Positions 48,801-58,497 of a stretch of 64,000 bases of DNA are shown here, piece after piece; position 1 is the first letter of the stretch, and every line of letters begins with the position of its first letter. The stretch spans positions 19,099-83,098 of the forward strand of contig JAJYDF010000011.1 of the NCBI GenBank assembly GCA_021777765.1, written 5' to 3'. The DNA is from Pseudomonadota bacterium. GTDB taxonomy: Bacteria; Pseudomonadota; Gammaproteobacteria; DASZBR01. The notes below the pieces were generated by a model that ran no database searches, was not told the origin of the DNA, and was given only the letters and a program-made list of their open reading frames with translations. Made by a program: the position numbers and the translations under genes.

Positions 48801-51608
48801 TTAGCAGCTGGATTAGAATCAGGTGAATTCCAGTTTTTAGGATATCTCTCACAATTTCAAGCCACTTATTTTTTTTATACAGGGACATCACTTGTAGATA
48901 TTTATACTGAACTCTCTAAACTTTTATCACTTACTTATAATTGCAAAAATCAATTAGTCATGGATAGCATTCATGCAGTGCAATTAATTGTATCCAATTT
49001 ATCAGGCCAATCTAAAAATATTTCAATTTTTGCCGAGGGAAATCACAGTGAAGAAGAATATCAAGCGGTATGGCTACAAAATAAAAGTTTTTATGCACTG
49101 GCTAATTATTTAATTTTGAAGGCAAAAGTGTTGTATTTATATGGAGATTATGAAAAATCATTGCAATTAATTGTACAAGCAAAAAAATATATTTCTTATA
49201 TTCCTGGTCATTTCTCTGTTGCTGTTCATAATTATTATTATTCTTTATGTTTATTGGCGCTTTATCCTGCCGTCGATAATGATACAAAAAGCGAATATTT
49301 GAAGCAAATCGAAATTAATCAAACGCAAATGAAGATCTGGGTTGATCATTGTCCAGAAAATTTTATGTCCAGAGATAAATTAATTTCTGCTGAATTGTGT
49401 CGCGTTAAAGATGAACCAGCAAATGCAATGAAGTTATATGAAGATGCTCTTACACCATTGCCTTATGATGAATTCTTTCAAGAAATAGCAATCACCAATG
49501 AATTAGCAGCTAAATTTTGGTTATCACAAGGAATGCTAAGTTGTGCCCAAGGACCCATGTTGATTGCATATCAGAGTTATGGACAATGGGGCGCCATACA
49601 TAAGGCAAGTGCTTTGATGAAGCAGCATAGTACATTATTAATGCCATTTGCCATTGGGCTCAGCAGTTTGCATGTCAGTGGCGAGGCGACAATTAGCGCG
49701 AAGAGTTTAAGATCGCTTGATTTGGCCAGTGTATTAAAAGCTTCGCAAACCATTTCTAAAGAAATTGAGTTATCAAAACTGTTATTAAATATTATGAAAG
49801 TCGTGGTAGAAAATGCCGGTGCACAAAAAGGCGCTTTCTTTATTGAAGAAGGAGACATGCTTTGGCTACAGGCAGAATATACAGCAGAAGGTCAAATTCA
49901 AACGTTTCAAAAAATACCTCTCATGGATTGGCGTAATGGATCGCATGCGATTATCGACGAGGTGAGAAAAACAAAACAAACGATATTATTAGGAAATGCG
50001 TATAAAGATGAACGATTTGTTCAAGATATATATATATCGCAACATCAAATTTATTCTGTGCTATGTGCACCTGTAATAAAACAAGATCAGCTCGTTGCGA
50101 TAATTTATCTTGAGAATAATTTGGCGCCCTATGTTTTTACACACCAACACTTGTTGATATTAACTATTTTAGCGGGACAAATGGCGACATCTTTGGGCAA
50201 TTCACGTTTAGTTCAAAGTGAGTTAGCGGTGAAACAACAATTTGCTGATGAACAACGACGTCGAGCGGATGATGCTGAAAAAAATCAAAGAGAAAAAGAA
50301 TCTTTCATGGACGTGATTTGTCACGAGATTCGAAATCCTATCAGCGGTATTACGGGAAGTTTAGGATTTATTGAGCAAGATATTGCTGATTTGAAAAAGC
50401 TGGGCCAGCGTGATCAGCAGGTGAAAAACTTAGAAGAACAAGCACAAACTATAAGAGAATGTGTTGCACATCAAAAAGAAATAATTAATAACGCACTTGA
50501 CGTATCAAAATTTGAAGCAGGAAAGATTGTTTTAGAAGTTAAACCATTTCAACCTAAAAAATTAATTGAAACGGTGGTAAATATATTTTCAGCACAATTA
50601 AGAAGTAAAGGTCTGAATTTAATTTTACAATTACCCGAAAAAATTCCCGTAGTGAAAGGAGATGAGGAACGCTTAAAAATAGTTTTGATAAATCTTATTT
50701 CCAATGCAATTAAATACACAGATAAAGGAAATATTAAAGTGTCTTTAGAAATCCAAGATTTTACTGCTACACAAAGTACATTAAAGATTAGTGTTGAAGA
50801 TATGGGTATTGGTATGACAGAAGAGGAATGCGCACAATTATTTAAACGCTTTTCATGTCCTGTCGCTTCTTCCCAATATAAGGGTACAGGTTTGGGGCTG
50901 GTTATTGTAAAAGATACTTTGGCGTTAATGAATGGCGAAGTTCAGGTAGAAAGCACAAAAGGTGTGGGTAGTAAATTCACTATTACGATCACTTTATTTA
51001 CAGCATTTCCTGAAGAAATAACAAATCCATCACCTGTTTCAACAAAAACTCCTCAAAAGGTCGCTATACCTAAAATGATTCTTGTTGTGGAAGATAATAT
51101 AGTCAATCAGAAAATTATGTGTAAGCAATTAGATGATGTCGGGCATCGTTGTATTGTTGCTAATAATGGAAAAGAAGCGATTGAATTATGGAAAATGAAT
51201 AAGATAGATCTCATATTTATGGATTTACAAATGCCTGTTATGGATGGTATGACGGCCACGAAGATAATTCGCAAACAAGAAAAAGACCTTGGTAAAGGAT
51301 CTGTACCGATTATTGGTTTATCTGCATATGCGCGAGCTGAATATAAATATAATGCTGTAAATGCTGGGATGAATGATTATTTAACCAAACCCTATGAAAA
51401 AGAAAAAATTTATTCTGCCGTTGAACATTTTACTCAGCAGCCTCTTGTAACATTTGTTGAAAAACAGAATAAAAATGAGATAACAACACAGACATCAAAA
51501 AATTCTGAAGCACCAAGAGCGACTTCTGAATTTTGGCAACCTATCAGAAAACAAGAGCAAGAGTCTTCGTCAGACAAACCGTCCTCATCTCCCACTGTGC
51601 GTCATTAA
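45801..51608 (+). CDS. Hybrid sensor: Hanks Ser/Thr kinase - AAA/P-loop - helical repeats - GAF - HisKA/HATPase - receiver
   Basis: VIIK, HHDLKPNN, DFG, GTLAYISPEQT; GHAGTGKS, FLDDLQWAD, GNPFF, FAHDRVQE; GAF SVLCAPVIKQDQLVAIIYLEN; HEIRNP, NLISNAIKYT, GTGLGL; REC LVVEDN, FMDLQMPVMDG, LTKP. Confidence 0.93.
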   Translation: MFTLPGYKIIEKIYQGRNSSIYRGMSLEENQRRVIIKVPNTKLPNTKGADKLRREFEYCQKIQSQYVIKSIALVAHYTHGNVLVIEDDQAIKLNDQIPATGFDTLTFLKLAIQLTQGLNDIHHNNVVHHDLKPNNMIINPQSGDVKIIDFGSASPLHESQLLLISPDITEGTLAYISPEQTARINRRLDYRTDFYSLGVTFYQMITGKLPFKVTTIQELVYCHIAKQPIIPSEIKPSIPQVISSIIMRLMRKAAEERYQSAWGILDDLKNCLVQYQKTGEIKPFALAKQDRVEGFFLSQKLYGRETEISHLQNAYAQTCKGTASVVMVTGHAGTGKSVLVNEMRPHIVAKRSHFLSGKFEQLNRGTAYSAITQAFSSWAKQVLTSSEEEILNWKFRLLDALSGNAQVIIDVIPDLESIIGKQPIPPLLGIDQARNRFHLVFQKFINLFAQEKSPLFLFLDDLQWADLASLNLIEALMINPESCYSLFIGAYRDNEVDSSHPLINTLKTLQKSNISMQFIELHSLKLVDVNLWLADTLNLPPENTISLSELIYQKTAGNPFFVKSFLYAIYEEKFLTIMSEQGWQWDLDKIRQHKAMDNVIDLMIDQIKQLPLDAQEILKLASCLRFQISWETLQIITRYSEKELRTLLATCLEKGLVVQVDNNLRFAHDRVQEAINQLIPKNECQKIALLLGRLLQSKLPLIPSPNQLFEVVEHLNIAKNLITDRDEQTALAKLNFQAAKHAKHAIAYASALRYLKEAEVHFMTTKFWEENYDIAFELYKELADVAYLNLNIDAATEYIDSLLGNARTELEKAEIYNQLVIQKTLAAEYQEAIDIGNKALRLLRIQLPTENLSHALQDKIVKVKVLLQQKKIEKINTLLDAPEMKNPEIKAAIKLLHNLLAPTYLANQPLYAVITLIMVELSLNYGNAVDSAMAYGSYAMLLSAQLGEIQLGSEFGLLAIELSNRFHHLPLLCKTHFIYANFIHHWVKPLLQVDSHVKKSLAAGLESGEFQFLGYLSQFQATYFFYTGTSLVDIYTELSKLLSLTYNCKNQLVMDSIHAVQLIVSNLSGQSKNISIFAEGNHSEEEYQAVWLQNKSFYALANYLILKAKVLYLYGDYEKSLQLIVQAKKYISYIPGHFSVAVHNYYYSLCLLALYPAVDNDTKSEYLKQIEINQTQMKIWVDHCPENFMSRDKLISAELCRVKDEPANAMKLYEDALTPLPYDEFFQEIAITNELAAKFWLSQGMLSCAQGPMLIAYQSYGQWGAIHKASALMKQHSTLLMPFAIGLSSLHVSGEATISAKSLRSLDLASVLKASQTISKEIELSKLLLNIMKVVVENAGAQKGAFFIEEGDMLWLQAEYTAEGQIQTFQKIPLMDWRNGSHAIIDEVRKTKQTILLGNAYKDERFVQDIYISQHQIYSVLCAPVIKQDQLVAIIYLENNLAPYVFTHQHLLILTILAGQMATSLGNSRLVQSELAVKQQFADEQRRRADDAEKNQREKESFMDVICHEIRNPISGITGSLGFIEQDIADLKKLGQRDQQVKNLEEQAQTIRECVAHQKEIINNALDVSKFEAGKIVLEVKPFQPKKLIETVVNIFSAQLRSKGLNLILQLPEKIPVVKGDEERLKIVLINLISNAIKYTDKGNIKVSLEIQDFTATQSTLKISVEDMGIGMTEEECAQLFKRFSCPVASSQYKGTGLGLVIVKDTLALMNGEVQVESTKGVGSKFTITITLFTAFPEEITNPSPVSTKTPQKVAIPKMILVVEDNIVNQKIMCKQLDDVGHRCIVANNGKEAIELWKMNKIDLIFMDLQMPVMDGMTATKIIRKQEKDLGKGSVPIIGLSAYARAEYKYNAVNAGMNDYLTKPYEKEKIYSAVEHFTQQPLVTFVEKQNKNEITTQTSKNSEAPRATSEFWQPIRKQEQESSSDKPSSSPTVRH

Positions 51609-51769
51609 TCATCAATGATTTTTTACAGTTTTTGATATAAAAGTGCGTAACATTATTTTCCTCTCGTAGTACTATTTGAAGATATAAAAATACCCTTAAA
51701 AGCGCATCAATTTATTATTCAACTATAATTAAATAAATGCTAACAATTAATAGATATTGAGAGGGTGTT

Positions 51770-53122
51770 ATGAAAAGCAAAATAATAATGCAAAAATCTA
51801 AAGATGATAATAGTTGGATTACTTCGTTAGTCAATTACTTTCAGGATATCGATGACTATAACAAAGAAGAATCAACTCAGGTTGGTTATCGTGGCCCCTT
51901 GCAAAATAAAGATCAACATTCAGCTAGCGCAGATGAAATGCAATATCAAGTTGATATTGTGGTAAGGCAAATATTTAATTTATCTCACGATATTAGGATT
52001 GCCTGTATAGGCACTGAAGAGGTTAATGATTTAAAAAGTCTATCTCGGCTTAAAGAGAGATTATCTGCATTAAAATCTATGATGACACAGTATCCAGAAT
52101 TAAGTGATAGGATTTCAAAAGAATTAAATCGTCGAATTAAGTTAATACCGACTGAAGATCTAGATAAAGTGACAGTACATCATAGATTATTAAGTTTGGA
52201 TTTAATATTAGATCATTTATTATTTAGAGCATATAGCCAGCAATTTAATGAAAAAAATAATCAACTTAATCAAATTTTTCGACAAGTTGTTCAGCAAAAA
52301 CCAGAGGAGATCAAATTAAATGATTTAACGGAATTAAGAAATGCTATGCAGCAAATAAATGACCATATACCAAAGAAATTATTACCAATTGATTTTATTA
52401 CTGAGTTAAAAAATTTTTCCCATGTTGCTGTTGATGATGAAAATGCGCAGAGAATCTTACAGGACATGAAGCAGCAATTGGAAATTGCTAAACGTAGTAT
52501 ATCGGCTTTACACGATAGGTCTCATTTAGCTGCACAAGCCAAAATGCAACACACTCGGGTACAAACATCAGCTATACAAACAAATGAGGCAACTCGGGCT
52601 CAGCTAATGAATTCAAATAGTGCTACTCCAATACAATCACCAGTTAACTCTAAAACCGATATTAATAAGATATTTGAAAATAGTGATGCCCCACCAGTGC
52701 AACAACGCTCTAGCGCATATTATCTGGGTGATAAAACGGGTTTTAAAACACAGCTCATTAATATTAGAGGTGAGATTACAAAACTGATTCAACAGCGAGA
52801 TATTGCATTGTCAAATTTAAAAGAAAGTGAGCATAAACCTTACATAATATTACTCGAAGAATTAAAAAAACAATTTGCTGAGCAATTAAAAGAGGTTGAG
52901 AAAAAATTTGAAGGAATCAATTCAAAATGGATAAAGTTGGATAAAAGTAGAGTTCCTGATGAAAATAAACTCTTTATTAATTCATTAATAAAATCGATAA
53001 AAGAAAAAGATATTAGAGATGTCAGAGTAATTGTTGACAGTAATAAAGCAAGCAAGGAATTACGTAGTCAGGTTAGAGTTTCAGATGCTCAGACACAAAG
53101 AAATAACCAACGAAATGATTAG
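51770..53122 (+). CDS. Hypothetical coiled-coil protein
   Basis: 450-aa ORF, heptad-rich segments, CTATAAT -10-like box at about 51723. Confidence 0.65.
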   Translation: MKSKIIMQKSKDDNSWITSLVNYFQDIDDYNKEESTQVGYRGPLQNKDQHSASADEMQYQVDIVVRQIFNLSHDIRIACIGTEEVNDLKSLSRLKERLSALKSMMTQYPELSDRISKELNRRIKLIPTEDLDKVTVHHRLLSLDLILDHLLFRAYSQQFNEKNNQLNQIFRQVVQQKPEEIKLNDLTELRNAMQQINDHIPKKLLPIDFITELKNFSHVAVDDENAQRILQDMKQQLEIAKRSISALHDRSHLAAQAKMQHTRVQTSAIQTNEATRAQLMNSNSATPIQSPVNSKTDINKIFENSDAPPVQQRSSAYYLGDKTGFKTQLINIRGEITKLIQQRDIALSNLKESEHKPYIILLEELKKQFAEQLKEVEKKFEGINSKWIKLDKSRVPDENKLFINSLIKSIKEKDIRDVRVIVDSNKASKELRSQVRVSDAQTQRNNQRND

Positions 53123-53247
53123 AAATATTCCTGCAAAACAATTCTTTCAATTTAAAGATTATTTTTCCTACAATTCGAGAGGTATCTATATTTTTTAAGA
53201 TAATTATGAAAAATTAATTTACTTTCGAATATTTTTATTTATCTGAT

Positions 53248-53289
53248 CGATGTTCAACAACTATTGTCGGACATCGTCTTAATTTTAAT
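53248..53289. repeat. 42-nt imperfect palindrome, copy 2
   Basis: CGATGTTCAACAA-ctattgtcgg-ACATCGTCTTAATTTTAAT. Confidence 0.55.
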
Positions 53290-53394
53290 TTTTATACCGC
53301 GAAATTCAAATTTCAATGTATTAAATTACGTCAATCCTTGCTCAGTCCGATCTACAGCTATTAAGCTGATATGAATTTTGTGAAGTGCAAAGCA

Positions 53395-53418
53395 TCCGCT
53401 GGTACATAAACCAGCGGA
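53395..53418. terminator. GC-rich hairpin between convergent genes
   Basis: TCCGCTGGT-acataa-ACCAGCGGA. Only weak U-tracts. Confidence 0.45.
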
Positions 53419-53440
53419 AATTTAGAGTTACATGAACAGA

Positions 53441-54781
53441 TTACTGATTTGGTCTGAAAACGGTACTGCTTTGTGTAGCGGCTTGAGTGCTATTATTTGT
53501 GATGCTGGGGTCTTGTACATCTCTTGATTTATGAACTGGGCTACTAGAACGTCTCATCGCTTCAGTCATTGCTGCCATACCATTTACTTTAGGAGTTACA
53601 TTGTTGCTATTTTTAACAACATTTTGCAGGACCAAATCGATAGAAACATCATAAACCATTTTTGCAATTTCATTGGCAGTGTATCGGCCTTTTAATTTCA
53701 ATTGCTCAGCACTGTACTTAGTTATTTTATGAATATCACATAAATCTGTACATAATGATTGTTTATCAACATCAGAAATGGGTGATCCAACAAATGCAAA
53801 ATTAATAATATCTTCGATATTTTTTTCTGCAGATTTTTGAGTTTCACGATAATCAGTTGTAATTCTACGCAGCAATTCAGACGATTTATCAGGGTATTTG
53901 GATAATTGATCAAAGAAATAGTCCAACATACTTTTAAGCGTTGCTTTATCTTCATTAAGTACATTATTACAAACAGCTTGTTTAGCATTAGCAGGAATAG
54001 ATGCATGTAATGCAGCATTTTCTGCTCTTAGTCTTGCTAGTTCAGCCAATAAATTTTGACGTTCTTTATCTTGTGCAATGCTTGGTTGTGGTGGCGGTTG
54101 CATTGGTAGTTTATCAACATGAATTGAAGCAACTGGATAGGGCATACATTGTTTTACTTCTGGTTTGTCTCTAGCAGCTATAGCAGAAACATTAGAAGGG
54201 TTGCTGCTACTATTTGGCACAGCTAATCTAGCTGATTGCAAAAGATTATCAGGTATTGATTTATGGGGTTGATCAGCTTTTAATTGAGCATCTGGTTCCC
54301 GCTTATTTTGTAATAATTGATTTGCTTTTTCATCAGAAATTTCTTGCATAATTTTACAATCATAAAATACAGACGGAATAGCGGAGATATCAAGGTGTTT
54401 TTTTAACTCTTCCAGTATTAAATTACCATTATTCATTGAATCTTGTGCGCGAGATAACTCATAGAGATCGGTGTTTATAAATATAGGAGCTTCCAGAATG
54501 CGATCTTTAGAATCACTGCTGTAATAATATAATATTTGTAGTTGCGGTTTATTGGCGGCGTGTTCTGCATATTTATAATAGTCATCTTTGAATTTTTTTG
54601 CTGCTTGTGCATTAGCAAATATTAAATGAATGGCATAGAAAGTTCTCTCACGATTTATAGTCTCATCAATTCGTTTCGATATTTTTATTAAATTATCAGC
54701 TTTTAATTGAGTAACTGGTGCTACTGGTAATTCTCTTCTGGTTGCATTGAGTCGATTATTAATTTGTGATTGGCTTAACAT
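53441..54781 (-). CDS. Hypothetical protein with Pro-rich linker and short coiled coil
   Basis: 446-aa ORF. PMQPPPQP, ERQNLLAELARLRAENAAL, S/T-rich tail. Confidence 0.65.
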   Translation of the reverse strand: MLSQSQINNRLNATRRELPVAPVTQLKADNLIKISKRIDETINRERTFYAIHLIFANAQAAKKFKDDYYKYAEHAANKPQLQILYYYSSDSKDRILEAPIFINTDLYELSRAQDSMNNGNLILEELKKHLDISAIPSVFYDCKIMQEISDEKANQLLQNKREPDAQLKADQPHKSIPDNLLQSARLAVPNSSSNPSNVSAIAARDKPEVKQCMPYPVASIHVDKLPMQPPPQPSIAQDKERQNLLAELARLRAENAALHASIPANAKQAVCNNVLNEDKATLKSMLDYFFDQLSKYPDKSSELLRRITTDYRETQKSAEKNIEDIINFAFVGSPISDVDKQSLCTDLCDIHKITKYSAEQLKLKGRYTANEIAKMVYDVSIDLVLQNVVKNSNNVTPKVNGMAAMTEAMRRSSSPVHKSRDVQDPSITNNSTQAATQSSTVFRPNQ

Positions 54782-54933
54782 ATAAATACCTCTGATAAAA
54801 CGGGGAATGTGTCATGCGATTTTGAATAAGATTTACTCTTAATTAATGGTATACAGACATACTAAATAAAAAATGCATTATATCATATTTATACTTTTGA
54901 GCAATAAAAAATAGAGCCGTATCAGCCAAGAAA

Positions 54934-55031
54934 CTCAGCACACGGCAAAAATTAATTCTGTGTTTTTTTTCCTTCTCCCACAAGTGGGAGAAGGAAAAAA
55001 CGCAGTAAATATTTTTTTGTCGCGTACATAG
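54934..55031. mobile_element. 98-bp MITE-like palindromic element, second copy
   Basis: CTCAGCACACGGCAAAAATTAATTCTG ... perfect core TTTTTTCCTTCTCCCAC-aa-GTGGGAGAAGGAAAAAA ... TTTTTGTCGCGTACATAG. Homologous to 25016-25114. Confidence 0.6.
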
Positions 55032-55162
55032 GCAAAGAATGTAAAAACATTATTGGTGCGTACAGATTTGAGAGAGAGTGAAAAAAGTGAAAATAATTAA
55101 TGATAAGCAGTAACGATAGGGTGAATATACAGCCTTATCCACCCTACATTATGAGAAAAGTT

Positions 55163-55864
55163 TTATTTCCCTTCAGATTTTTTCTCAGTCCCTTTACCAG
55201 TTGCAGCAGCAGCTGGTGTTGCAGTAGCAGCTGCGGCTTCTTCAGTGACAACTGTTTCAGTTACGGCTTCTTCTTCAATGGCTGCGCGTGGAATATGTAT
55301 GTTCACTACAGGTAAATCATGCTCAATACCATGTGATAACTGTACAAATTCAACACCTTTAGGCAATTTAATTTGTGATAAATGGATAGATTCATCAACG
55401 TTCAAATGGCTGATATCTACCTCAAGATATTCAGGTAAATCAGCAGGCATACAACGGACATCAACACTGGTCATCAAGTGAGACACAATACCGCCAGCTG
55501 TTTTAACGCCCGGTGCCACATCGCCACCCAAGAAGTGGATGGGAACATGCATAGTGATTTTTTCATGACCAACACGTAAAAAATCCATATGAACAATACG
55601 TAGTTTATAAGGATGACGTTGGATATCTTTTAAAACCGCTTGTTCTTTTTGGCCATTGACGTGCAAAGTTAAAATGTGTGAGTAAAATCCTTCATTTTCT
55701 AACGCTTTCATCACTTCTTTATGATTAAGGGTCAATGAGACGGGATCTTTTTTTGCCCCATAAATAATTGCGGGAATCAATTCTCCATCGCGGCGTAGGC
55801 GGCGGCTCGCACCTTTCCCCTTAACGCTGCGAAGTTCTGCTGCTAATTCATATTTACCTGCCAT
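55163..55864 (-). CDS. rplY: 50S ribosomal protein L25 / general stress protein Ctc (long form)
   Basis: KGKGASRRLRR...IPAIIYG, KDIQRHPYK..I.HMDF.RV, C.PADLPEYLEVDIS.L. Ala/Glu-rich tail. Confidence 0.96.
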   Translation of the reverse strand: MAGKYELAAELRSVKGKGASRRLRRDGELIPAIIYGAKKDPVSLTLNHKEVMKALENEGFYSHILTLHVNGQKEQAVLKDIQRHPYKLRIVHMDFLRVGHEKITMHVPIHFLGGDVAPGVKTAGGIVSHLMTSVDVRCMPADLPEYLEVDISHLNVDESIHLSQIKLPKGVEFVQLSHGIEHDLPVVNIHIPRAAIEEEAVTETVVTEEAAAATATPAAAATGKGTEKKSEGK

Positions 55865-55884
55865 AACTTTTCTCCAAAAAAATA

Positions 55885-55940
55885 CATCAGCTCATACTGC
55901 TGATGGGTTGAAATGTTAGCTACTTCGCGACCAAAGTAAC
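55885..55940 (-). promoter_or_regulatory. L25 (rplY) leader hairpins
   Basis: Minus strand GTTACTT-tggtcgcg-AAGTAGC (GGUCGC loop typical of gammaproteobacterial rplY leaders), then CATCAGC-agtatga-GCTGATG before the SD. Confidence 0.55.
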
Positions 55941-56205
55941 TGGAAACCGAGCATTGTATATGATTTTGGGGGGATGTGGTATAGAGAATGGGGATTAATT
56001 TGAGCCATTCTTTTTTTATAACACCATTATTTTAACGTATAAAATACGGGTTTTATTATTACGACCATATAATTAAAATTTACCTCCTGTTTATCGAGAT
56101 ATTTTTGTTAAGTTATTTGGCACTTTTATTAGATCGCATAGTAGCGATACTTAAGCTAAAAATGTAAACAAAAATTTTTATAATTAAAATTGGAGATGAA
56201 TTTCC

Positions 56206-58497
56206 ATGAATAATGATCTGTTTACAGACAATAATTTGCCTTCTTCATCAAATTCCAGAGCAGCAGCTGATATCGGTGGGACATATACTGATTTACCAAG
56301 GATTTTAGATGATTTTCGTAAAGAAGGTGTTACTGCTATTGCAGTATGTTTAATTAATTCATAGGCGAATCCGGTTCATGAAAAGAAACTCATTAATGCA
56401 ATTAATGAACAATGGCAAGAGGTAACCGTTATTGGTTCTCATAAAATAACGCGTGAATGGCGTGAATATGAACGCACAAGTACAAATGTTTTAGCTGCGT
56501 ATGTAACACCTATTGTGCAAAAATATTTAAATAAATTAATGTCGAAATTAGAAGAAAATCAATTTCACGGCAGATTAGATATGATGCAATCCAATGCTGG
56601 CATTAATTCTTTTAAATCATCGCTGAAAATGCCCATTACGCTGATCGAATCAGGTCCAGCAGGTGGTGTGAGAGGCGCAGCTGCATTAGGAAAACTCATT
56701 AATTGTGGCAATATTATTTCACTAGATATTGGCGGAACTGCAGCAAAATGTTCTTTAATTTATGATGGCCGTATATCAATTAATACAGATTATTATATCG
56801 AGCGAAATAATAAATCAGCAGGTTATCCAGTCATGGTGCCAGTGGTAGATATCGTTGAAATTGGAAATGGTGGCGGTTCGATTAGTTGGTTGGATGATAA
56901 TGGTAAATTAAATGTGGGTCCACAGAGCGCGGGTGCAAAACCAGGGCCTGTTGCATATGGTCAGGGAGGTAATCAGCTAACTACTACGGATGCGCTTTTA
57001 TATTTAGGACGTATCAATCCACAGAAAATATGTGGTCATGAAAGATCCGCTGAGATGGAAAGTGTTTCTATTATTGCGAAAGAATAAAGTAAAAAACAAA
57101 ATTTATCTCCTGTAGATTTAATGAGTGGTATCATGCGAATTGCGAATCACAATATGATTAATGCTTTAAAATTAATATCAATCGATCGTGGATATGATCC
57201 AAGAGAATTTAGTTTGATGGCATATGGTGGTGGCGGTGGATTACATGCTTGTGAACTTGCGCAAGAATTAGGATTTAAAGAAGTCATAATTCCAGTCGCT
57301 GCGTCAGTATTTTCTGCGTTGGGCATGTTAATGTGCGATTTACAGCGTGATTATGTACTAACAAAAATCATTTCATTATCAGCTACAAATGTGATTGAAC
57401 AAATTAATAGCGAATTAATCAATATAGAAAAAAGTATTATTTATAATTATGCAAAAGATAATATCAAAAAAGATGAAATTCATTTTGAGCATTTTGGATG
57501 TTTTCGTTATCAAAATCAGGAACATGTCATTGAATTAAAGCTACCGACGATCATCACAAATACTGATCAAATCAATGATGATATCGAAGCTTTTCACGCC
57601 GCTTATCAACGAAGATATACTTATAAATTAGATTGCCCAGTTGAATTTGTGCGTTTTCATACTGCTGCAACTGTGAATATGAATAAGTTGAACCCTAAGA
57701 AACGCGCATTGAGTAATAACAGCAGTGATCAGGCATTAATTCATTCTCGTCCTGTAAATTATTTGCTTGCAGGTGTTCATTCAACGCCTGTATTTAATGC
57801 TGAGTTATTGGAACCCGATTTAAAATTAAAGGGCCTGCTATCATTGAAGATGCATCATCCAGTATTGTCATATTGCCTTTTTTATCAGCTGAACTTGATG
57901 TTTATGGTAATTTACGAATAATGATGCAACCAGAAGCTTGTCTACCCGAAAGAGTTAATACTGATTTTATTACAGTGACAATTATTCAAAGTGCCTTAAA
58001 AGCCATCGCAGAAAAAATGTTTATTGCAATGAAAATGACGGCAATGTCTCCCTTAATTTATGAATTGCTGGATATGAGCACAGTGACTACCGATGCAGAG
58101 GGTAATTTAACAACGTCCGGTGCTGGGATGCCAGGTTTTTGTTAATGCATTAGGTAAAAGCATTAAACATATTTTAAATAAATATAATAAACCACAAGCA
58201 ATATCACCGGATGATATTTTTATTGTGAATAATCCTTATTGTGGCGGTATTACACATTTAAATGATGCTGTTCTTGCGATGCCAATTTTTTGTGGTAACG
58301 AATTAGTAGCATGGGTTGTTAATATTGCACATTGGATAGATATAGGAGGAATGTCTCCTGGTAGCATATCAATGGAAGCAACAGAATTAGCACAAGAAGG
58401 CCTACAAATTCCACCACTCAAAATTTTTGCTAAAGGAATTTTAAATGAAGAATTGTTTGAAATGATTTGTGCAAATTCTCGACTGCCTGAAAATTAA
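56206..58497 (+). pseudogene. Fused hydantoinase/oxoprolinase A+B pseudogene
   Basis: ATG 56206; DIGGTYTD; in-frame TAG 56362-64 in (Y)ANPVHE; ESGPAGG, DIGGTAAK; TAA 57085-87; GGGGGLHA; frameshift near 57830 into GPAIIED...LDVYGNL; B-subunit start (MSPLIYE..D) in the same frame; extra T near 58136-40; NNPY.GG.THLND, AHW.DIGG..PGS; truncated at 58497. Confidence 0.88.
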
